From assembly GCF_009914755.1 (NCBI RefSeq), contig NC_060925.1: a stretch of DNA of 64,000 bases; one strand, given 5' to 3'. The DNA is from the human T2T-CHM13v2.0 reference genome, Homo sapiens. This document shows positions 47,157-64,000 of this stretch, in pieces. The notes below the pieces were generated by a model that was not told the DNA's origin, ran no database searches, and worked only from the letters and a program-made list of their open reading frames with translations. The position numbers and the translations under genes were made by a program. Numbering within the stretch: position 1 is the first letter of the stretch; every line of letters begins with the position of its first letter.

Positions 47157-48007
47157 GAAAAAGCGCATTTCAAGATCATGCAATTGACTATTCAATCATT
47201 GTATATTAATAATTTCTGTGAATAGCACTGTGCTGGGCACTAAAGAAAAAAATTAAATTTATACAACTAATTTTATGAACTTAGATATGCACATTGTGAA
47301 CTTAGAGTTCATATCTATCTTCTGTGATTCACTCTAGTATAGAATAGAAAGTTGCTAAATAATTTAAAAGAAAGGAAATTTTATATCACCCTTAAATTCA
47401 GAGACCAGAGTTGCCAGGGGTTATAGTTCTATTTGGGTCATCAAAAATGAATGCAAAGTGGATAAAGATCTTCCAGATAGAGGGAAAGAGATGAGGAAAT
47501 CACAGAGGTGAGGTGTTGCAAGATGAGAAAACATAGTCTTAACATGAAAAAAACTTCATTTTTTTATTGGAGAATTTAAGGACAGTGGTTGGGGAGAGGA
47601 GAGAACACTTGGTGAAGAAAGTAAGAGATGCTTTAGCATCATTCCTGCTAAGAATTATACTTTGCTTATACAGCCTAACGAAATTGTGTAATATAGACAA
47701 TAAGTATTTATTAAACGTGTGTTTAATAAAGTAGTTAAATTCACATGTTAATTTCCTGTTTGCTATTTAAAGTAGGCAATGTGAAAAGATCACCTAGACT
47801 TAAACGTTATAAGAGATGTAAACATGTCACTGGAAACAAACGTAATCTGAGTATTTTGAAACAATACAATGAATAGATATGATCACTAGGGCATTTACTA
47901 CTACAGGTTCTACCCCCTTTTCTGATTTATTGTTTCTCAATCCATAGTGTAAGTAACTCCTGCATCTTTTAGGGCAAACTATCTTCTTTCATTTTTGTTC
48001 TCTGTAG

Positions 48008-48988
48008 GTCAATCTCTGGGACCAAGTCAATCAAGCTAACTTCTCTGTCAGAGTTCCTGCTTCTTGAGTTCTCCAGCCTTGAAGAAATCCAGCAGATCCT
48101 TTTTCTGTCTGCTTGTGGCTATATCTGATTGTTCTGAGTGGAAATATCACCACTGTCACTGTCATCCGCCTGGATCAAAGCCTCCACATACCTGTATACT
48201 TATTCCTAGGGATCCTCTCCATTTCTGGGACATGCTATACCTTTGTCATTCTGCCCAAGATGCTCATAGATCTGTTGTCTTTGCTCAGAACAATCTCATT
48301 TATTAACTGCCACTCCAGTGTTCTTCTTTCTGGGTTTTGCTGTCACTAATTTCATGTTCCTGGGCATGACAGTTTATGATTCCTATGTTGCCATCTGCCA
48401 TCCACTTCACTACCCTGTCCTTACGAGCTGGCAGATATGTAAACAACTGGCAGCAACGTGTGCTGTGATTGTTTTTTTTTGTTTGTTTGTTTTCACTGAT
48501 AGGCTCCTTCTTAGATTTTCAGCTGCTTTTCTGTGGCCCAAACAAGATCAACCACTACTTCTGTGACATCTCACTGCTTATTCAGCTTGCCTGTACTGAT
48601 ACCTACATCAGGGAGCTAGTCATCTTCATTGGTGGAATTCTAGCACTTACGGTTCCTCTGATTTTATTTGCATCTCCTATGGCTTCATTGTTCACACCAT
48701 CCTGAGGATCCCATATGTGAAAGCAAGCAAAAAGCCATCTCTACTTGTGCCTCCCATCTTATTATGGTCGTTGTCCATTATGGCTGTGCCTCCTTTGTCA
48801 ACCTGTGACCATCAGCCAAATAATCATCCAGCAAATAACCATCTAGCAAGAACAGGCTGGTGACAGTGACCTTACACAGTTGTGACTCCGTTGTTGAATC
48901 CATGGTATATAGCTTCAAGAATAAGAACGTTCAGATGGCCATTTGGAAAGTGATTTGCCAAGGAGGATTTCCTCCTAAAGCTATAATA
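48008..48988 (+). pseudogene. OR10R1P: Heavily disrupted OR10R paralogue (multiple frameshifts and stops)
   Basis: OR fragments in shifting frames ([63 protein letters not shown]), with a strong acceptor 'ttctttcatttttgttctctgtag' ending at 48007. Symbol recalled from gene order. Confidence 0.9.
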
Positions 48989-50545
48989 AGATTATTTCAC
49001 ATCTACAGAAACATTATTTCAGAGGACATAGTGATAATTATAATGTTAATAATACTCTTGTTTTTCATTCACATAGCACTTTACTAGCCTCATAGTACAT
49101 GCTTCCCATGATATTATTTTAATGAACTTTTTGGGGTGCCATCTGAAACTTGGGTTTATCAAAAATCAGATCCAAGCCTCAAAGACTTTTCAAACTTGAA
49201 CAAGTAAGTATTTTGATTTCTCAGTATATTTAAAGGATCGTTTTAGTTTCTTTGGTGACAGATAAGTAAAACATCATGGGTGGTAATTTAGTATAGAAGG
49301 TTCAACTATTACAACTTCTCTATCGTCTAGAACAATCTTAGTAAGGCACCTTACAATGAGATTATAAAGAAAATGGAACCAATGTAATGGAATTTTCTTA
49401 TATAATTATGAGCTACCAGTGTCGGAGAGAACCTAGGGCTATCATGTCCACTTCTCAGTCATTGTAGGATTCTCACCTGCAGCATTCTAGCCTCAATTAA
49501 CTGCTCAATAGGGAGTTATATCACTGTTAAATATTTCTAAGTGTTACAAAGTTCCACTTTTATGTATCATCCTCCTTTTGCTCCTATTGTCTCTAGAGAT
49601 GTATAACTTGTATATAATATTTAACCTACACAGCAACAATTCAAATATTTGAAGAAGCATAATGTATGCCTCCATTAAACACTTAACCTACCTGAAGATG
49701 CTTTTGAACTGCATGATATATCTGAGTTCACAGGCTCCTCAAAATCTTGGTTATCTTTCTCTAGATTCTTTAGATACTTTCCATTTTGTTAATAGTGTTC
49801 TTAAAATGACTTACCAGGAAATGAGGTAACACTGCAGGTGAGTTAAGATAATCACTTTCCTTATTCTGGAAGTCAATTTTAAGCCAATACAACTTAAAGT
49901 TCACTACTTCTCTATCAGTTCTACCACATATGTGCTCCCCTCTGACCCTTAAGTTGCTTAGACTAATGAGTTTAATGTTATATTTCTACAACCCTATGAT
50001 TATGAAACCTATTATGCTTAGTTTAGTTTAATTTTATTCTTTAAAACAATATTATATTTGGAATTTGTTCTTTTAAATTACTGTTTTTGATTTTAGCATA
50101 TAGTTTCAGAATACAAAGGTCTTTTCACATCCCATTTATAATATGCAATCTGCTGGCTGGCTCTCTTATTGTTTCTTTGTATCTCTTCTAGACTTGAATA
50201 GTAAACAGTATTTGTATTGTATGAAAACACAATTAATAGTGGTTGTGTGGATTCCAGTGCTCAATGGCAAAGAGAACTATGGTTGAATACTGATGCCTGG
50301 CAAGAGGTGAATGTGATTCATGGCTATATGGTCAGATGTTCATACCTTTGTCTTAGATACTCAATAAAATGAAATCACTTATCACTCAGTCTCCACAAGC
50401 TCCATTTTGGACACCCTCATGCTTGATTTCCTCTCCATCACATAATGGGAGGCACTGAAAATATGTTCTTCTTTAACATTTACAAGTTCTAAAAAGTAAA
50501 TAAATGTAAATGTAATAGGTAACTCTTTTAAAAAACATATTCTTG

Positions 50546-50883
<338 letters not shown>

Positions 50884-51374
50884 TCATGGGTGAATCAGAA
50901 CAGATTAATTCATGATGCCATAAGAATTACCTGGATTGCCAGATTACCTAGGCAACTTTGTAACAATCAGGATGGTAGAAGCAGGATCTGTGGGTGGATG
51001 GGACATGGTCTTATGAAGTGAAAGTAAGAAATTACCCGAAGTACCTGGAAAAGTTTCTTCTATTGCCACAGAGAAAAATGCCATGGCATTATTTTCTGTC
51101 AAGTCTCTCATGTCTCCCACCACGTATCTCTTATAACCTTCCTTTGTGGCAGTGATATTCTAAAACAGTTATGCCGTTACAACTATTCTTCATGCTTATA
51201 TTACATGTTTTGTTGGTCAAGATTTGCTTTTCTCTTCATTTTAACAAAAATACACTATGATAAAAAAATGAATAGGAAAAGATACAGAGAATGATATTTC
51301 TCTGCTTTTTTTTTTCGTGTCTTGAAAAACAGGGATTAAGAATCTAACATTCTGTGAATAAACACAGAGAATGA

Positions 51375-51798
<424 letters not shown>

Positions 51799-54700
51799 TG
51801 TCAAGCTTTTATAGGTAGGAAAAGCAGCCTTAGTATAGATATTGGAAAATAAAGGAGAGAAATTGACTGACTAATAGCAATTTAATAAATAAATAAAGCT
51901 GCCTTTAAGAGTCTATCAATTATTTACTCTTTCATCAACTATATATTGAGTTTGACGATGGAAGTTACAACAATGAAAGATCCATTTTTTCTGCTTTCAA
52001 AATATTGAATCTACTACTTACTTCCCCCAAATCCTCACTCAGGTAAGAGAGTAGTTTTCTTCTTTCTTTTTTGTTGCATACCTTATTATTATTCCTACTG
52101 AACCAGTAGTAACACAATATACGAAATACATTCTCTTGGGCATAAGGTCAGTATATAGGTGGGAATCCCATAGGGCTAAAAAGAAAAACAATCTAGGATT
52201 TCTGGATGTGCTCTGAAGTGGCACCTTCTAAGCTGCAGTATTTGTTCAACAGTGTTTTTCCAACAAAAAAGAGGATGAGCTCACCTGAGAAGCATCCTGA
52301 AGGGAAACACCGTTGCACTAGGCAGAGATCAGGAGACCTAGAAATTCTTCTAACACAATCTGTGACTGTGTACTTGTTTCTTTTATTAAGTAAAAACTGT
52401 TGAAAATTCTATTTGTACACATTTTAAGTAATGCTTTTTTTCTTTTTCTGTGGCCTCCTTTTCTACTTATTTTACAATTAAAATATTCAAAAATATGTAA
52501 AAGGCATTGAGTAAGTTAATGAACATCAGTAAGGTAGAGAATCCTATCAAGATGGATTAATATAAATTGTACTTAACTTTCTACATTAAAAAGCTAAAAG
52601 TTAGAAAAATATGTGACATAGCAGTTTGTAGACATTAGACAAGAGACAGAATAAGACTGTTATTCTTGAGAAAAGAGAAATAAATGATTTCCACATGTTA
52701 TGACTTAAAAAGTATTTGAAGAGTACAAAGCAAAGAAATGTGGATCCTGTAACAGACTCTAGACAATCCTAATTTTAGTTCTAAAGAAAAACTGAAGATG
52801 GAAATGGGAGTTAAGAGAGTGAAAGAGAAAAAACAGCCCATGATTAACTTCAGCTGGAATTATTCCAACACTTATGTCTCAGTATTATCCAGTTGAACAT
52901 AAGTAATTCCATAGGACTTTAGTACTGGACATTGTGTGACCATGATGGAGTGAGAAAAAATATGTTAAAGTATTTTAAATAGAAATTTATATGCTTCTTA
53001 TATTTAAAAATATAATAACACCAAGATAATACTGGATAATACTGAGACATAACTGATGGAATAATACAAGCTCTATATGTGTATATACATGTATGTATAT
53101 TTATGTGTTTATATATAGAAAGAGAGAGAAAAAGAGAGAGAGGCAGCAGAGGACACCAAAATATATCAAGTAGTCTTACTGAATTAAGGATTAGATTAGA
53201 TAAAGATTATAGAGAAGACTAGATTACATAGAGTATTAAGGAGACTAGATTAGATAAAGATTAGAGTATAGAGAAGACAAAGGGGCCATTTCAAGACAGA
53301 TAACTAAAGAGAAGGGATTAGCACACACATAGGGAGGTCTAATAGCTGCAAAGGGATCTCCTCAAATCTTTGGAAGAGTGCTAATTCGTACATTTGTTAG
53401 AGTAAACTTCTTGTAGAAGATGAACAACTACTGGAAGCAATAGACTAAACAAGTCCTAGAGTTCACACAAAGAAGAGTTTATATTCCCAACAGCCATCAA
53501 GTATAATTAATAGAAATAAAAAATATTATCTGAATTTTAAAAATACATTAAGCAGGATTAGCTGCAGACACTGCCAAAGAAAAGGTCAATTAACTTAAAC
53601 ACATAGCCAACAAAACAACCTGTAATTATAGCAAAACTTCAAAAACCCCAAATAACGACAACAACAACAAAACAAAAACAGAGGCTTGATGACTACGGTA
53701 AAGTGCCAAGCTGTCAAATATTCATGTAATTGAGATCCCTTATAAACCCCCAAACCCAAAAATGTCAGAAATTTCAAGCAGAATAAAAACCAAAATTATG
53801 CTAGAACATATAAGAATATAAGAATTCAATTATTAAAAACTAATGATAAAAAGAAAATTTTAAAAATAGTGAGAGACAAAAGGAGAGAAAGATGGTGAAA
53901 CAGAAAGCCCACTGCTTACATTCCTTGACAGCAGCAATAAGTTCACAGCCATCAATGGGAAAATACCTCTTTGTGGGAGCCTTGAGATTTAGATAGGAGA
54001 TTGTGAAACCCTAGTGAAGATCAAGATGTAGGAAAGCCATTTTGAGGGGGCAGACCTGCCAACAGTGGTCTCAGCTCTAGACTTAGCAATGGCCTTGTTT
54101 TATTGTGGACTTGGATACAGCCTTATTTTGCCATCAGTCAAGGAGCCCAGGAGGAGTCACATATACTAGTGCTTCAGAAAACAAGCTTGTTGACCTCGGT
54201 CCCAGGTGTGGAACTTGAAATGGCTCTGAAACTCAACTCCAGGCATTAATAGCTGTGGTCTGAGAGTAGGCTTGTCCATTCAAGAACCAAGAGAAGGACG
54301 AGCTTGTCTATGACCCTCAGAGGCAGACCTGCTGCCATCAGTCTCACAGAGGATCCTGACACAGCCTTGTAACTTGGATTCATCCCCTCTCAGGTGTGGT
54401 CTGAGGGCAGTTTTGCCTGACCAGGGACCAAATGGGGGATACACCAAACCTTGACCTCAGAGGCAGGCCTGCAGATCTTTGTCTTTACTGCAGCCCTGTG
54501 ACTTATATTCATCTCCTCTCAACTGTAGGCCAGGACAAGTACTGCCTGCAAAGGGACCTACCCAGTCACTTAATGGGAGCTCTCCCAAAGACCTGGAGGA
54601 AACCATACCCATCCACAAACCTAGTAACAGGCCTACCATCTGTGGACTCTGAAATGGATCCTCATTCTAGCACCAACCCTACTGCCCAATGTACTGGAGG

Positions 54701-55596
54701 TAATTCAGTCCACCCGGGGGGAACCAGACAGAATCCATACCCACTGGAGGCCCTGGTAACAGGTCTATTAAGCACAGATCCCATTGTAGATGAAGAGGCA
54801 GCCACATGATCTAGCTCGAAACCCACTTTACTAGGATCCTGGGGGCAATCTCACCAGCATAGAGGCTCAACAGGAGAAAGCTTTTATCTGCCAAAAGCAG
54901 TGTTTAAATGCCAGAAAAGATGTTTATTCAGACATCAATGCGCAGACATCAATGCAATCTATACAGATAATGAAGAATTAGGCAAATGTGACACCACCAA
55001 AAGAAACTAGTAAAGCTTCAGTAGTAAATCACAAAGAAATAGAGATCTAGGAATTGCCTGAGAAAGAATTCAAAATAACCATCTTAAGGATCTTGAAGAA
55101 ATGCAAGGAAATGCACATAGAAAATGAATTGAAATTAGAAAAACAATAATAAACTACCGGTGTCTCAGAAGGAAAAAGAAGCAAATAAAGAGGCATAAAG
55201 CTTATTTAAAGAAATACTGGCTGAAAACTTCCAAAATCATGGGAGAGACATAGACTCAATACAGTTTCATGGAAATCAAAATGTCCAAACAATATCAACC
55301 CCAACAGTAACACTCTGAAGCACATTATAATCAACTTATTATAAGTCAAACACAAAAAGAGACTTTTGAAAGCAGCAGTAAAAAGAAACTTGTCACCTAA
55401 AAGGGAACCCCTTTAAGGATATCAGCAGACTTGGCAAAAACAAAACAAAACCTAAAAAAAAAAATTTTATATGCCCGGATGGTGTGGGATGATATAGCCA
55501 AAGAGCAGAAAGAAAAAAATAAAAACTGCCCAAGAATACTATACGTAAAAAATCTCTCTCAGAAATGAAGCAGAAATAAAGACATACTCAGACAAA

Positions 55597-55909
55597 GGTA
55601 ACACAGGAATGGAAAACCAAACATTGCATGTTCTCACTCATAAGTAGGAGTTGAACAATGAGGATACATGGACACAGGGAGGGGAACAACACACACCACA
55701 GCCCGTGTGGGGTTGGGGGGCAAGGGGAGGGAGGGAGAGCATTAGGACAAATAGCTAATGCATGCAGGGCTTAAAATTTAGATGACGGGTTGGTAGGTGC
55801 AGCAAACCACCATGGCACACATATACTTATGTAACAAACCTACACATTCTGCACTTGTATCCCGGAACTTAAAGTAAAATGTAAAAAAAAAAAAAAAAAA
55901 AAAAAAAAA
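55597..55909 (+). mobile_element. L1PA 3'-end insertion with an A27 tail
   Basis: 'aaaaccaaacattgcatgttctcactcataagt...cccggaacttaaagtaaaa' followed by poly-A 55883-55909. Confidence 0.9.
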
Positions 55910-55945
55910 TACTAGAGTTCTTCAAGTTGTAACAAAAAGATGTTA

Positions 55946-56075
<130 letters not shown>

Positions 56076-56677
56076 TAGATAACATGAAACATTTTTAAGA
56101 AGTTAATAGTTAAAAAAGCCACTAGTAAAAGTAAATAGTCAAATCTGGAATAATCTAATACTGTAATGGCACTGTGTAAATCATTTTAAATTCTATTATA
56201 AAAGCTTAAAACACAGAAATATTGAAAATAACTATATCTATTCTAATTTGGCAATGAATACACAATCTAGAAAGATGTGAAGTGTGACATGAATAACATA
56301 AAATGTGGGCAGAGTGAAGTAAAAGTGTAGAGTTTTTGTATGCAATTTCAGTTGTTAGCAGCTTAAATTAGAATGTTATAATTATAAGATGTTTTATATA
56401 AGCCCCATGATAACCAAGTAGAAAAACAACTCTAGTTGATACATAAAAAACAAAGACATGAATCAAAGTGTGCACCTATCAAAATTCAACAAATTATAAA
56501 GAAAGATAGGAAGATTGGAAAAAAGAAATAAAAGAACTACAAAGCAGTCAGCAAAAATCAAAATGCCGGTAGTAAATCCTTTACCTATCAATAATTACTT
56601 TAAATGTAAATGAATTACATTTTCCAGTCAAAAGATACAGAGTGGCTGAATGGATTTTAAGAAAAATAAATAAATAA

Positions 56678-59565
<2,888 letters not shown>

Positions 59566-60310
59566 AAAAGCCAAGATCTAACAATATGCTGCCTACAAAA
59601 GACTCTTTTTAGCCTTAGGAACACATGTTAAAAGTGAAGGGATAGAGCAAGATATTTCATGCAAATGTAAACCAAAAAAAATCAGGGAAAGTTATACTTC
59701 CATCAGACAAAATAGACTTTCAATCAAAATCTGTCATAAGAGACAAAGAAAGTCACTGTACAATGATAAAGGGATGATGTCATCTTGAGGATATAAGAAC
59801 TGTAAAGATAGATGCATTCAACATGGGAACACCTAAACATATATAAAGCAAGTAGTAACAGAACTGTAGGGAGAAATAAACAGCAATATAATAATGAGAC
59901 TTCACTATCCTACTTTTAAAAATGGACAGATCATTCAGAGAGTGAATCAATGTGGAAACAGGAGACTTCAGTAACACCATTGGTCAAATGGACTAATAAA
60001 CATATACAGAACATTTCGCCCAACAGAAGTTTAATACAAAATTTTCTCAAGTGCACATGGAACATTCTCCAGAATAGATCATGTTAGGTCACAAAACAAA
60101 TCTTATCAAATTGAAGAGGACTAAAATCATCTCAAGTATCTTTTCTGGCTACAATGATATAAATATAGAAATCAATAACAGGAAGAAATTTAGAAAATTA
60201 CAAATAGGTGGAAATTAAACAACACACTCATAAGATACCAACAGGTCAGAGAAAAAATCAAAGGGAAAATCAAATGTACATGGAAATAAACAAAAATTGA
60301 AACACTACAG

Positions 60311-64000
<3,690 letters not shown>

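Noticed and set aside
47707-47730. 10-bp-arm hairpin TTTATTAAAC-GTGT-GTTTAATAAA
   Set aside because: Short and AT-rich; plausible by chance in 64 kb of this composition.
49110-49140. TTTTAATGA as an H-element-type OR enhancer core
   Set aside because: Only a partial match to AACTTTTTAATGA with no clear adjacent O/E site; similar partial matches occur inside L1 fragments.
53185-53280. Imperfect local duplication (TAGATTAGATAAAGATTA...AGAGAAGAC twice)
   Set aside because: Ordinary slippage in low-complexity DNA; no spacer structure, and not CRISPR-like.

Overview
AT-rich, repeat-dense primate (very likely human) genomic DNA from a class II olfactory receptor (OR) cluster. From memory of the 335-aa protein and the gene order, this is the chr1q23.1 OR10R2 - OR10R3P - OR10R1P - HSP90AA3P interval; I could not verify that by search. 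The window holds three + strand OR10R paralogues: one intact, one with a single nonsense codon and one heavily disrupted. It also holds a full-length HSP90AA1 processed pseudogene with target-site duplication (TSD), and many L1, Alu, MaLR and DNA-transposon fossils. The main hidden structure is that each OR coding exon is preceded, 3.5-7.6 kb upstream, by a paralogous promoter/exon-1 module (about 5060-5440, 19810-20120 and 43910-44535). In OR10R2 this exon carries ATG plus 8 codons and a GTAAGT donor, and splices in frame to an acceptor at 13016. That gives a 324-aa split-CDS receptor, and the ORF-finder N-terminus is probably intronic. The OR10R2 start codon lies where the two paralogues have a splice donor. 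Two L1PA copies 44.9 kb apart share a patch of private substitutions that suggests ectopic gene conversion. Repeat subfamily names are from recalled consensus sequences, and boundaries of old repeats are approximate.
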